DNA of 64,000 nt from an uncultured virus (IMG/VR IMGVR_UViG_3300038428_000082) (lineage: Duplodnaviria > Heunggongvirae > Uroviricota > Caudoviricetes): IMG/VR virus record IMGVR_UViG_3300038428_000082. One strand, given 5' to 3'. The notes beneath the pieces are model-generated. The model searched no databases, was not told the origin of the DNA, and saw only the letters and a list, made by a program, of their open reading frames with translations. Position 1 is the first letter of the stretch, and the number at the start of each line of letters is the position of its first letter. Below, one piece after another: positions 29,649 through 39,924 of the stretch. Both the position numbers and the translations under genes were made by a program.

Positions 29649-30898
29649 AGCTTGAAAATCTGCTAAACATTGACGAACTGAACAAGCAAATCAGGGAGGG
29701 TTTTATCAATGAGCGCCGTCACCCCGCACTGCCCCTGCGAATCCTGAATTACTCGAATCGTTGTACTTTCGAGAATCACTGGTCTCTTGAAGCTTGTATC
29801 TGCCGTGGTCTGATTGTGGATGACGCCGGGGTGATTGTATCCAGACCCCCATCAAAATTTTTCAACCTCAACCAAAGAGGACCCCACATTTTCCGCAACA
29901 ATCAGGGGGAGTTGGAAGTTCAAGACGAGACGTTCACCCCAGAGTTCCTCCTCGGGCAGGCGAAGATGTGGAGGTCTCCTATAACCATCACCCGCAAGCT
30001 GGATGGGTGGGCGGGAATCTCGTGGCACTACGAGGGCATCTACGGGGTCGCCAGCCGGGGTTCCTTTGACTCGCCGGGGGCGCAGTATGCCACGGAGAAG
30101 GTGCAGAAGTTCGTCAAGTATAGGGCGTTCGCTGATTTCCTTCCCGAGGATACCACTCTGTTCTTTGAGATTATCTCCAAGATTACCAAGGTGGTTGTCC
30201 CCTACAACTTCGAGGGGCTGGTGCTTATTGCTGCCATTGCCAACGAGACCGGGGAGGAATTGGAATACCCCGAGCTTGAGGCTTTCCACAAGCAGCTAAA
30301 CAGCTATGCCAAGGACCGGGACTGGTGCCGGTTGGTGCCGAAGTTCGACATGTCGGTGGAAGAGTGCATGGCGGACAAGGACATGACGGAGGAGGGCTAT
30401 GTTGCTGCCGTCTACCGGCCTCACTTCCCGCCTGTCCGGGCGAAGGTGAAGCTCGCCGAGTACTGTAGAATCCACAGGATTGTCACGGGAGTCACACCCC
30501 AGAAAATCTGGCAAGAAATGCACAATCCCATGTCTCCCTGGCTTGACCATAACAGCAAGCTGAACCATAATACAGGTGAAGTCCTCTACGATTTGTCTGT
30601 TCCAAGGGACTTTGCCAAATGGGTCAAAGGTTGGCAGATGGGATTGTACAAGGCGTTCCACGATAAGCTTTTGCAAGCCCTGAAAGCACAGAAGGCTTAC
30701 AACGAGTTAGAGCGTGGCATCTACCCTGAGCACCGAAACAGGCTGCACTACTTGCATGGGTGTTTTCCCGTTGATATTGTCAATGCTGCCATCAAGCTAG
30801 AGAACGGCAACATTGTTGGAGCCTATGAGATTTTATGGAAGATGGTTCGTCCCTATGGTCGGGAGGAAACATACTATTTCGATGGCAAGGGAGAATGA
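29645..30898 (+). CDS. RNA ligase (T4 Rnl1-like)
   Basis: CRGLI, KFFN, motif I RKLDG, SRGSF, FFEI, EGYV, KVK. Confidence 0.85.
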   Translation: MKLENLLNIDELNKQIREGFINERRHPALPLRILNYSNRCTFENHWSLEACICRGLIVDDAGVIVSRPPSKFFNLNQRGPHIFRNNQGELEVQDETFTPEFLLGQAKMWRSPITITRKLDGWAGISWHYEGIYGVASRGSFDSPGAQYATEKVQKFVKYRAFADFLPEDTTLFFEIISKITKVVVPYNFEGLVLIAAIANETGEELEYPELEAFHKQLNSYAKDRDWCRLVPKFDMSVEECMADKDMTEEGYVAAVYRPHFPPVRAKVKLAEYCRIHRIVTGVTPQKIWQEMHNPMSPWLDHNSKLNHNTGEVLYDLSVPRDFAKWVKGWQMGLYKAFHDKLLQALKAQKAYNELERGIYPEHRNRLHYLHGCFPVDIVNAAIKLENGNIVGAYEILWKMVRPYGREETYYFDGKGE

Positions 30899-30959
30899 AT
30901 ATCAAAAAATGAACTACCCAGTGCTTAGATAAATGCAAATTCACTAGGTGGGTTCATAA

Positions 30960-31808
30960 ATGCCGACTAAGACTAATGATAGTATAATCGCACAAATCCT
31001 GAGTCTGCACCAGCAAGGGCTGAAGGACAAGGAGATTGCCGATAAGCTCGGAACGAGCAAGACCAACGTCCAGCATTATCTGGAGGGCAGGAGGGTCGTC
31101 CATAGGCGCAAGAAGGGTGACAAAACCCCCATAACCGATGATATACGGAGACAGATTATCCAGTTGCATGCTGGGGGCCTGAATGATTGGGAGATTGCCA
31201 GCGAACTTGATATAGGAAAGAGCACAGTCTCCTCATTTTTGCTTGGGAAGCGGGTCATCAACCATAAGCCAAGAAGGCAATACACGGGGGATGGTCACAT
31301 CATCTGTTCTATATGCAAGCACTCCAAGTCCTCTGATGAGTTCGGCTCTCCAAGGTCAAACGGAAGGACGATATCCGAGTCATCGTTCTGCAAGGAGTGC
31401 CAGAGAGATAAGACCTTCAAGCGGCTATCCGACCCGTTAACCTATCTCCGCAAGCGGGTGAACGACTTGGCGGCAAGGTCCCGGAAACTCGGGGTCATTT
31501 TCAGACTGACGGTAGAAGACGCTTGGAGGATATATACTGAACAAAGGGGTAAGTGCTTTTACACAGGCGAACAGATGGCGCTTGCCCCCCGTTCAAAGGT
31601 GGCGGGCTTAAGAACATCATTGTCCTTTGACAAGGTAGTTCCAGAGCGGGGGTATGAGGAGAGCAATGTAGTCCTGTGTACCTACAAGGCAAACGCCGTC
31701 AAGCAGGACTTGACCTTGGACGAGATACGTGATTGGCTTCCGGGATGGTATCAAAAGTTGAAGGCATGTAGCCGTCTCGGCATAGGAAACATAATGTGCG
31801 CTCTTTGA
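30960..31808 (+). CDS. double-HTH HNH-like endonuclease, paralog of 28219..28992
   Basis: Two GLxDxEIA HTHs; QRGKCFYT..SFDKVVPERGYEESNVVLC. Confidence 0.75.
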   Translation: MPTKTNDSIIAQILSLHQQGLKDKEIADKLGTSKTNVQHYLEGRRVVHRRKKGDKTPITDDIRRQIIQLHAGGLNDWEIASELDIGKSTVSSFLLGKRVINHKPRRQYTGDGHIICSICKHSKSSDEFGSPRSNGRTISESSFCKECQRDKTFKRLSDPLTYLRKRVNDLAARSRKLGVIFRLTVEDAWRIYTEQRGKCFYTGEQMALAPRSKVAGLRTSLSFDKVVPERGYEESNVVLCTYKANAVKQDLTLDEIRDWLPGWYQKLKACSRLGIGNIMCAL

Positions 31809-32115
31809 CCTCAGACAGCGGCGGCGGTCGCCGCCAGCACGGCAATAGGGATGACTTGGTGGAGATATTGGCGCTACCGAGCCTTTCAGACTTGGAGATG
31901 GGTATGTTCAAGGTGGGAGACAAAGCGGAAACCACAACCGGTCTCTCCGGGACGCTGACTGATTACGATGTGATATTTGGGAGATTTTTTCTCAGGTGTC
32001 CCGATGGATTCGGGTTGTGGGTACACCCCGAGAACCTCAAGTTACCGCTCGGGAACAAATGCCCTGTAAACGAGACAAATGAGACAGATGTTCCCGTTCG
32101 GGAACGGAGCAACAT

Positions 32116-32655
32116 ATGAAACAGAGCCGATTCTATATCCACTATATTCTGACTGACAAGGGGGAGGAATCCATCGAGTTTTCCGACAAGCTTTGTAAGC
32201 TACTCCGGGAGCGCTTTCCTGCGGACACGTTCTTCCAGAAATTCACCCCGGAAGTCATGAATCCCAACCTCCCCGGTACGCCCGGTATGGACCGCACTAC
32301 CCTGACGTGGAAGCCGGTGGAGAATTCTAAGGTTCTGCTCATTGGCATTGGTGTCGGCGGCTTGTTCGGTTACCGATTGCAGCTTGAGAAAGAGTTTGAA
32401 GGTGTATCCCTCATCGCCGTCTGTCCGCCGCCCGGCCTCAGCCTTGCCCCCGCAGGAGGTCCAAGAGCGGTGCTGTACGGCTCCAAGGAAGGCGTGTACT
32501 CCCTTCCCATTGAGAAGTACCATGTGCCGCACACGCAGACCTTTGGCATCCCGTCCCTCCAGCATGGTCCCCAACTGGCGTTCTATGCCATCGCCTACTT
32601 GGTGGACAAGTACATGCAAGAAGAGGACTTACTGCCGGAAATGAGAAAGTTATGA
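32116..32655 (+). CDS. hypothetical protein, possibly alpha/beta-hydrolase-like
   Basis: LLIGIGVGG resembles a GxSxG elbow but lacks the Ser. Confidence 0.5.
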   Translation: MKQSRFYIHYILTDKGEESIEFSDKLCKLLRERFPADTFFQKFTPEVMNPNLPGTPGMDRTTLTWKPVENSKVLLIGIGVGGLFGYRLQLEKEFEGVSLIAVCPPPGLSLAPAGGPRAVLYGSKEGVYSLPIEKYHVPHTQTFGIPSLQHGPQLAFYAIAYLVDKYMQEEDLLPEMRKL

Positions 32656-32885
32656 TACAGGGACCACCGCCGACAAAACGGGAACCTGAGTGGCGTCCAA
32701 TACCGGATTACGGGGACGTATACACCATTGAGGATTTTTATCGCAACATTGCCCCCGTGGTGGGAAGCGACGGTATAGGATACTACGCCCGGCCTCCCTT
32801 GATGTCAGACGAGCGCATCAACCCCTGCGTGTGGGACCACAACTTTGACGAGCTTTACACCCACATAATCTGGTTTAATTGTTAA
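32652..32885 (+). CDS. hypothetical protein
   Basis: ATGA overlap with the upstream gene. Confidence 0.55.
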   Translation: MIQGPPPTKREPEWRPIPDYGDVYTIEDFYRNIAPVVGSDGIGYYARPPLMSDERINPCVWDHNFDELYTHIIWFNC

Positions 32886-32921
32886 AAACAACTTCCTAAT
32901 ACTATTATGGGGGAGGTTGTT

Positions 32922-33656
32922 ATGTTCATTTATCTAATCGTCAATAGTATAACAGGAAAATACTATGTTGGGCAGCACAAGGGAAATAACTTAACAAAGT
33001 ATCTACAGCAAAAATTCAATCATGCCCAGACGGGAATCTCCACCCGTTCCCACCTCTATAATTCAATGAGAGCACACCCTGACCCTAAAGTCTGGTCTAT
33101 TCATGCTCTCCGGTCGGATATCCAGACAAGAAAAGAACTTAATGAAATTGAACAAGATTTTATTAAGTTTCTAAAGTCTCAAGACTCAGAGTATGGCTAT
33201 AACATCTGCCGAGAAGGGGAAGGATTTACGGGGCCTGTATCTCAAGAAAGTCGCCAAAGAATGTCCCAAGCTCAGAAAAAAAGATGGTCTGACAATAAAC
33301 TTCGTGCCGAGAAAAGTGAAACCAGTAGAGAGGTGTGGGCTAAAAATCCAACCCTTCGTGCTAAAGTCACTAAAGCCGTAATTAAAACATGGGCTAACTC
33401 GGAACTTCGTACCCTTCGTTCAGAAATTAGCAAAAAACTGTGGGATAATTCCGACTTTAGAAAAATGGTTAAAGAAAGCAGAAAGAGGGGTAAAAAATGG
33501 AAGTTAACTCCTCAAGGACTTGAAAAAATAAAAAGGTATCATATGGGTATAAAGCTAACCGATGAATCACGAAAGAAAATAAGTGGGGGAATAAGAAGAG
33601 CTTGGATAGATGGTAAGTATAACAAGAGAGTAACTAAACACATAACAAAAACGTAG
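32922..33656 (+). CDS. GIY-YIG endonuclease
   Basis: FIYLIVN..YYVGQ, GYNIC; helical W-repeat tail. Confidence 0.85.
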   Translation: MFIYLIVNSITGKYYVGQHKGNNLTKYLQQKFNHAQTGISTRSHLYNSMRAHPDPKVWSIHALRSDIQTRKELNEIEQDFIKFLKSQDSEYGYNICREGEGFTGPVSQESRQRMSQAQKKRWSDNKLRAEKSETSREVWAKNPTLRAKVTKAVIKTWANSELRTLRSEISKKLWDNSDFRKMVKESRKRGKKWKLTPQGLEKIKRYHMGIKLTDESRKKISGGIRRAWIDGKYNKRVTKHITKT

Positions 33657-33725
33657 AACATTAAGGATAACTGTAGATTTTTGGTTTTTCACTAAAATGA
33701 TGGAGTTTCGTGGTATACTGTAGGT

Positions 33726-34253
33726 ATGGAGACTATTCCACAGGTTATCGCTTCCGAGCTTTCCTACCGCCGCCAGTACTATGACGCCGGGCCGACTTCC
33801 GGGATGAAGTGTCGATTCTGTTCTCAACCCATCCAATTTGTCTTTCTGCTTAAGGACCCGTGGGGCGGAACCCTGCCCATCGGCGAATGTTGTTTCCTCA
33901 AGCTCAAAGAGGTCAATCCTGCGGTCTACACCGGTCTGGTAGCCAGCTTGATTATGTTGCAGGGAGCGGCTAAGGACCAGCAATCAGACATCGACCAACA
34001 GGCTGAGGCAGGACTGGTCATTACTCACCGGGACGCCTACAAGATGCTCCTCCGAAGCGGACGTGCCCGCATCACAGCATACCGGGTAGCCTCCGGGGAG
34101 AAGGAGTGGTTGCCAAAGTCTCTTTTTGAGTTGCGGAAAGAGATGCGAATAGCCCCCACCACCAATGCCCGCAAGACTAATAAGTCCCTTATCCGCTGGT
34201 ATCAACGCCGGATTGGCGTCCTGCAAGAAAAGCTCTCCCAACCCCAACAGTAA
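33726..34253 (+). CDS. hypothetical protein
   Basis: GTGGTATACT at 33710 lies 7 nt before the ATG, so possibly leaderless. Confidence 0.6.
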   Translation: METIPQVIASELSYRRQYYDAGPTSGMKCRFCSQPIQFVFLLKDPWGGTLPIGECCFLKLKEVNPAVYTGLVASLIMLQGAAKDQQSDIDQQAEAGLVITHRDAYKMLLRSGRARITAYRVASGEKEWLPKSLFELRKEMRIAPTTNARKTNKSLIRWYQRRIGVLQEKLSQPQQ

Positions 34254-34298
34254 AGTTTGCCCTATCAGTATCTTTTATAGACGGACTGGAGGCGGCAA

Positions 34299-34577
34299 GT
34301 GGTAAACAAGCTCTATCTCAGGGCAAACGGCATTGACATATCTAAGGCCCGAGTGCGGAACAAACTGGTCAATGGCTCCCCCTTTGGCGGCAGTGAAGTG
34401 GTTATCGAAGTACCTCCCATGGAGCATATGCCCGGCTTGGGGGAGATAACTTTGGAAGATGCTAGAATTCCCGGACTTCCTGATTTTAAGTTAGAGGTAA
34501 AGCAAGGGAACGGCGATTGGAGAACCGTAAGTATTCCTGAACTTAAAGCGATTTTGGCTGGAAAACCAAATGGCTAA
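34299..34577 (+). CDS. hypothetical protein
   Basis: GGAGG RBS, GTG start. Confidence 0.55.
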   Translation: MVNKLYLRANGIDISKARVRNKLVNGSPFGGSEVVIEVPPMEHMPGLGEITLEDARIPGLPDFKLEVKQGNGDWRTVSIPELKAILAGKPNG

Positions 34578-34830
34578 GAAGAAGAGACAACCCGAGCTAG
34601 ACGAGCTTCTTTTCCAAGACGAAACCCCTCCCGAGGAGGAGAGGGACGACCTTCTCTTTGACGACCCGGAGGAGGAATCCCAAGAGTCTGACGAAGAGGA
34701 AGAGGAAGAACTTATCCCCGAGCTTGAAATTGGAGAAAACGGACACATCCGTCCGCACCACAAGCGGGGTCGCCGGGAAGATGACGAAGAAGAGGACTCG
34801 CCGGTAGTACTGGACTGGGATGAACTGTAA
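34570..34830 (+). CDS. small, highly acidic protein
   Basis: D/E tracts; start overlaps the upstream gene. Confidence 0.6.
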   Translation: MAKKKRQPELDELLFQDETPPEEERDDLLFDDPEEESQESDEEEEEELIPELEIGENGHIRPHHKRGRREDDEEEDSPVVLDWDEL

Positions 34831-34863
34831 TTAAAAGTAAGCAAACCACAGTATTAACCGTTA

Positions 34864-36780
34864 ATGAGCGAATCCATTTGTCCTCTTATAACCCAATACA
34901 CTAACGAATTGGGAATAGACCCGCAAGTGCTTGAAAGACTGTATCTTATCCGAAAGTGGGACATTGACCCCAACCACCCAGAAATCACTCCCATACCATT
35001 CAAATGGCCGTCTCTTCTAAGGACCAAAGTACTCAACTTTGATACCGGGCAAGAGGAGGAGCCCCTTAATATCAGGGAATATCAGAAGGTTCAAATTCAT
35101 CATCTATCACGGATGAACCGCTTTATAAATGGAGATAATGTCGGACTTGGAAAGACCATTGATGCCATCGCTGCCTGTTGTTGGCTAAAGGATAGATTAC
35201 CAGACATAAAGACCGTAGTAATTACGACTAGGAGTACTACCCACCAGTGGTTCGATGAATTATCTCGATTCAGCAACCTACGTCCTTTTGTGATGCGGGA
35301 TATTTATCGAGGGAAGAAATCCTCCGAATCCAGGTATCAGCAACTTCGTGATTTCTTGATGGGAAATAAGAAGGATGTACTTATATGCAAATACTCTTCT
35401 ATGATAGGGGTAAGGAAGAGAGTAGAGGGACGGTTTGATGAAGATGGAAATCCCGTAAATAATGGAAAAGAGAGGATTTCGCAAGAGATAAAGACATTTT
35501 CAGAGATTCTCAAAGAGTACAAAGACAAGACTATTCTGATATTTGACGAATGCCATAGATTCAAAAGTCGGGGCACCCAGACCCGTGCCTTAGTTATGGC
35601 TTTAGCCAAGCAGGGGCGGTGGGTGTGGGGGCTTACCGGAACTGTTATGAAGAACTCTCTCGATGAGTTTTATAATGTGGCTTCAGCAATCGGAATCAAG
35701 CCATTTGGGAGCTTATGGGACTTTGATGAGGAATTTTGTCTATTCCGAAAGCAGTATATTGGAAGAGGCCGTCATATCCGGGTTCTTGCTGGGTATAAGA
35801 ATGTAGAGAAATTTAAGCAGGGTATTCGTCCCTTTTACTTAGGTAGGAGTCAGAGGCAAGTCAAGGAGCCGCTTCCACGTCTAGTCACCATCTACCATCC
35901 GGTGGAACTGGACGAAAGACAGAAAAAGCTTTTGCTGGAGGATATACCTTCAGGTAAATTCCAACTTCCTCCATCCTTGGTTAAAGTAGCGGGGGAAGTC
36001 TATGAGCAGGAGAGGGACCCTGATAACCAAATGACTCAGCTTTCAGTTCAGCAATTGGTTGCAAATCATTGGGCATTGCTTGACCCGTCAAATGAGAAGG
36101 ACTTTCATATAAAAACATTAAGCCCCAAAGAAGAGTCGTTGCTTGACCTTCTGGATGGTGATTTGTTGGGGGAAAAAGTTATTGTTTTCACTAAATACCG
36201 AACCTTTATAGACCGGCTTGACTGGCTGACGAAAAATGGGCACTTTACTAGCCGCAAGTTTCTCAGAATTACAGGACGGGAAAATGAGAAGCAAAGAAAT
36301 GAAAGTAAGCGGTTGTTTCAATCTCCTGATTCCGGCTACGACCTAATCGTTATAAACTCCGCTGGATTCGAGGGTATTAACCTTCAGCAAGCTCCCAATA
36401 TGGTATGTCTTGATGTCCCCTGGTCGTTTGGAGACATGCTCCAACTAGTTGGTAGGATGGTAAGGATGGCGTCTCCACACACAGTGTGTACTCTACACAT
36501 TCTTCCGGCAAGGGGAACAGTGGATGAATATGCCATAGATACGCTTAAGAACAAGAGGGGGGTCTTTGCAAAGATTCTGGGGGGGTCTTATACAACAGGC
36601 TTGTTAGATAATGAGGAGTGCCTTGATTTAGATGCTGGTAGTATAGAGTCCGCCGCCTCCGATAATGAGTTTCGTTCTCTACTCAAGGCGCATTGCAAAA
36701 AACTTAGTCTGGGGAAGTTCTTAAAGGGGGAGTTTCTGGGAATTTCTAGCAAAGAAGACGAAAGAGTAATGGATGATTAA
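34864..36780 (+). CDS. SNF2-family helicase
   Basis: DNVGLGKT, DECH, LTGT, GFEGINLQ, QLVGRMVR. Confidence 0.88.
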   Translation: MSESICPLITQYTNELGIDPQVLERLYLIRKWDIDPNHPEITPIPFKWPSLLRTKVLNFDTGQEEEPLNIREYQKVQIHHLSRMNRFINGDNVGLGKTIDAIAACCWLKDRLPDIKTVVITTRSTTHQWFDELSRFSNLRPFVMRDIYRGKKSSESRYQQLRDFLMGNKKDVLICKYSSMIGVRKRVEGRFDEDGNPVNNGKERISQEIKTFSEILKEYKDKTILIFDECHRFKSRGTQTRALVMALAKQGRWVWGLTGTVMKNSLDEFYNVASAIGIKPFGSLWDFDEEFCLFRKQYIGRGRHIRVLAGYKNVEKFKQGIRPFYLGRSQRQVKEPLPRLVTIYHPVELDERQKKLLLEDIPSGKFQLPPSLVKVAGEVYEQERDPDNQMTQLSVQQLVANHWALLDPSNEKDFHIKTLSPKEESLLDLLDGDLLGEKVIVFTKYRTFIDRLDWLTKNGHFTSRKFLRITGRENEKQRNESKRLFQSPDSGYDLIVINSAGFEGINLQQAPNMVCLDVPWSFGDMLQLVGRMVRMASPHTVCTLHILPARGTVDEYAIDTLKNKRGVFAKILGGSYTTGLLDNEECLDLDAGSIESAASDNEFRSLLKAHCKKLSLGKFLKGEFLGISSKEDERVMDD

Positions 36781-37312
36781 TCCATCCATGGCAATAAATA
36801 AGAAAAAACGGGGGCATAACACTGAGTACGCCTTCTTGTGTAGAGGTTGCGGTCGGGAAATTTGGAGACGAGGTTGCTATCTTTCTAAAAACGACTCTCC
36901 TGGGTACTGTCACACGTGCGGAAATAGAAAAATTTGGAGTTGCAAACTTCAACCATTTGAGCACATCTTAACCTATCTGAAAAGACAAAATCACCCCGTT
37001 TTCTTATCCTACGAAGAATTGTTGGAATTCACACATATAGAAACCTGTGAATATTGTGGCTCATTGGTCTCATGGGAGTCAAGAAAATCATTTAAGCGTT
37101 GTACCCATGCAACAAACCTAGATAGAAAAAACAATAGCCTTGGATATTCTAAAGATAACTGTGTTGTTTGTTGTTGGGAATGTAACCGGGTAAGGGGGAA
37201 TGTATATTCATATTATGAAATGAAGAAAATTGGAAAGTTGCTAAAAATCTTGAAAAATTCAAAGAAATCCAGTAATAATAAAGGGGAATGCAATGAGCAA
37301 TATGGTGGTTAG
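36773..37312 (+). CDS. HNH-like endonuclease
   Basis: CEYCG..LDRKNNSLGYSKDNCVVCC..CN. Confidence 0.75.
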   Translation: MINPSMAINKKKRGHNTEYAFLCRGCGREIWRRGCYLSKNDSPGYCHTCGNRKIWSCKLQPFEHILTYLKRQNHPVFLSYEELLEFTHIETCEYCGSLVSWESRKSFKRCTHATNLDRKNNSLGYSKDNCVVCCWECNRVRGNVYSYYEMKKIGKLLKILKNSKKSSNNKGECNEQYGG

Positions 37313-37655
37313 GTCGGTGACTATCTCCTTGGAGCTTGCCGACAAGGAGTTTGGCAACGGCATGAGCCGGTTCTTCAATATCAAGGGGGCTTACCAAGAG
37401 GGCGACACTCCCTTGGAAGAGGTCGCTGATGTGGTCGATGACAGCCTGACCATGTTTATGGCCGCTTGGAAATCTTTGCTCGGAAGTAAGTGTGCGCAGG
37501 GCAAGATTGACGGCAAAACCATGCAGGATGAAGTACGGAAGGTTATCAAGCGGACAACGAAGGTTCAAGCCTATCTCAGGAAAGAAGATGGGAGTGAACC
37601 AATCACAAACGGACCCCCGGCAGGAACAGAGGGTCAATCAGAGGGAACTTCATGA
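37293..37655 (+). CDS. hypothetical protein
   Basis: Coupled ORF with RBS. Confidence 0.6.
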   Translation: MSNMVVRSVTISLELADKEFGNGMSRFFNIKGAYQEGDTPLEEVADVVDDSLTMFMAAWKSLLGSKCAQGKIDGKTMQDEVRKVIKRTTKVQAYLRKEDGSEPITNGPPAGTEGQSEGTS

Positions 37656-38494
37656 CGGGACTTATCAATGTCAAAGCGGCTATAGACTCCTTCCAAGCGG
37701 AACGGCTATTGGTCGGAGCTTACATCTTGGAGCATATCGAAGGGGTGGTCACCAAAATTGCCTACCAGTCCAACGGGGACGCCATTTCCTACGAGGACAT
37801 GTATTCCGACCTCGCTGCCGAGGTTGACAAGCTGCCTAAGCTCAAATTGGAATTGTCGGTCCCTCCGGGCGGTGAGTCCCAATACAGCATCCAGCTTACC
37901 ATGGCGATGGAGACGGTCGCCGACGACTGCGACCGGGTATCCCATAAGGTGAGCAAGTTCGAGAGCAAGATTCGAGAAGCACAGGGCAAGCTCAAGCGGC
38001 TGCATGGGGAGTTTGGGGCATGGTACTCTCTTGCCGCCAGCAAGCTCATGGAAGAAGAAGCATACATCCGCCTGAATGCCGCACAGGTCAAACAGCTTGC
38101 CGACGCTGAGTTTTCCCGTTTGACTAACGACCTTGATGTCACCATGGAGAGCCTCATCAACACCGTGAAGTCTCTCCGGGGGGAAATCAAAGAGCATAAG
38201 CGCACGCAGGCCGACAAGTACAACATGGGGAAAGACCAAGTGAATGCCAGTTGGACTTCCCACATGCCACTATTCAACGGCAGCGGCGAAATCACGACGG
38301 ACACCCCCGGCAAGCTGTTGGGCGAACACAACCCCCAGCTTGAAGAGGCACTAGCCCCGGAGGATTTTGTTCCCGAGGAACCGCCGCCTGAAAAAGAGTG
38401 GGCATTTAAGAAGACCGGAGACGCCCGTCCCATACACCTGATTACCGATGACGAGCGGCTCCCACCTTCGGATGAGGAGGATGAACGAGTATGA
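37652..38494 (+). CDS. coiled-coil hypothetical protein
   Basis: 280 aa; ATGA overlaps at both ends. Confidence 0.65.
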   Translation: MTGLINVKAAIDSFQAERLLVGAYILEHIEGVVTKIAYQSNGDAISYEDMYSDLAAEVDKLPKLKLELSVPPGGESQYSIQLTMAMETVADDCDRVSHKVSKFESKIREAQGKLKRLHGEFGAWYSLAASKLMEEEAYIRLNAAQVKQLADAEFSRLTNDLDVTMESLINTVKSLRGEIKEHKRTQADKYNMGKDQVNASWTSHMPLFNGSGEITTDTPGKLLGEHNPQLEEALAPEDFVPEEPPPEKEWAFKKTGDARPIHLITDDERLPPSDEEDERV

Positions 38495-38694
38495 AGCCGG
38501 GCTGGTGCCGATTCTTTCTTGTGCTTCTCACCCCGCTATGGATAGGGGGAGGGGTGGGGATGTTTCTTATCTACCACCTCCCACTGAGGTGGTTTTGGGT
38601 TGCTCCCATCGTCGTGTTCATTGGGTTTCTTATCTCGTGGCTAATCTTGGTCTACGAAAAGTGGAAGAGGATAAATGGTAACACTGGAAGTTGA
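38491..38694 (+). CDS. small membrane protein with two TM segments
   Basis: Two hydrophobic stretches. Confidence 0.55.
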   Translation: MKPGWCRFFLVLLTPLWIGGGVGMFLIYHLPLRWFWVAPIVVFIGFLISWLILVYEKWKRINGNTGS

Positions 38695-39133
38695 CCCCCA
38701 ATTTCATGGACCCACGATTGCCGAGATAGCCTCTACATTAGCCGACATCAAGGAAGACCCAGTGCGGGTTCGGTGGGGAGGCACCAAGACGGAAATCAAA
38801 CTTCTGGAGAGCAGTGACCGGGCTTTCATTGTGGTCGTTCCCAGTCTCGTGGAGATGAGCACGGTTGCCTTTATCTTTGGAACCCCCCTTCAACTGGGAG
38901 ATAAGATTCTTGCCGAAGGCAAGGACGCTCTTATCAATAAGAAAACCTATAATTGGAAAAGGTTTACCGGGGATAATGGTCCCACGGTCACTAAAAGCAT
39001 AGTAGTCAAACTGGCGGCAAACGCCGTCCGGCAGGGGCTTCGTCCCAAGCTGGCGAGAGTTGCCTCCGATGCTCTGCTTGGAAAAGTAAATGCTACCGAT
39101 GCTGACATTCTGATACGCACTGCCTATGCCTAA
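38675..39133 (+). CDS. hypothetical protein
   Basis: GAGG RBS. Confidence 0.6.
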   Translation: MVTLEVDPQFHGPTIAEIASTLADIKEDPVRVRWGGTKTEIKLLESSDRAFIVVVPSLVEMSTVAFIFGTPLQLGDKILAEGKDALINKKTYNWKRFTGDNGPTVTKSIVVKLAANAVRQGLRPKLARVASDALLGKVNATDADILIRTAYA

Positions 39134-39896
39134 AATACCCCCAATTCCCGCTGTTCGTTGGTCTGAGCAAGACATTGTCGCCGCCCTTCTTAAGCGGCAT
39201 CCAGCCCCGGAGTGGGCCTTCTTCCCGCAGTTAAGGAATGGCACCGGGTTCGCTCAGTTGCCCCTCACCGCCGCCGCCGTAGCGATGAACTGCTACCCCA
39301 GCCGGGGGTTGGAAGTGCATGGCTTCGAGGTTAAGACCAGCCGCAACGATTTTCTCAATGAACTCAAGAACCCTGACAAGGCTGAGTCTATTGCCAAGTA
39401 CTGTGACCGCTGGTGGTTGGTATTGTCCGACCCCACCATAGTCAAGACCGGGGAGCTTCCATCGACATGGGGGCAACTCTCCATGCATGGTGGGGTTCTG
39501 CGTGTTGACGCCCCGGCATTGCCTCTAACCCCCGTTCCCCTTGACCGGCTGTTTGTAGCCTCACTCCTCCGTAACCAAGCCTACTGCCCGGATGAAGAAG
39601 CCAAGAAACAGTACGCAGAGGGGGTGGAGTATGGGAAGAAGTGCGTGGGCGGCGATTACAAGCGTCTCAGGGGGGAAGTAGACAAGTTCGAGGCTGTCTC
39701 GGGGGTCAAGATTGCTGACCGCTGGAGCCTTGGTAATGTAGCGTTGGCGGTCAAAGCACTGACAGAGATGGAGTACGAGGTCAAACACATTGCCCCCGCC
39801 GCCAAATATGCACGGGAGATAGCCGATGCTCTTGACCTGATGCTCAAGAACGCCGGACTGACCGCTTTAGCCACGGAGCTAAAAGAAAAGAGTTAA
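39126..39896 (+). CDS. MmcB-like PD-(D/E)xK nuclease-fold protein
   Basis: GFEVKTSRNDFLNELKNPDKAE motif. Confidence 0.65.
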   Translation: MPKIPPIPAVRWSEQDIVAALLKRHPAPEWAFFPQLRNGTGFAQLPLTAAAVAMNCYPSRGLEVHGFEVKTSRNDFLNELKNPDKAESIAKYCDRWWLVLSDPTIVKTGELPSTWGQLSMHGGVLRVDAPALPLTPVPLDRLFVASLLRNQAYCPDEEAKKQYAEGVEYGKKCVGGDYKRLRGEVDKFEAVSGVKIADRWSLGNVALAVKALTEMEYEVKHIAPAAKYAREIADALDLMLKNAGLTALATELKEKS

Positions 39897-39924
39897 AGTT
39901 CAGTAATATTCTTAGGGGGCTAAT

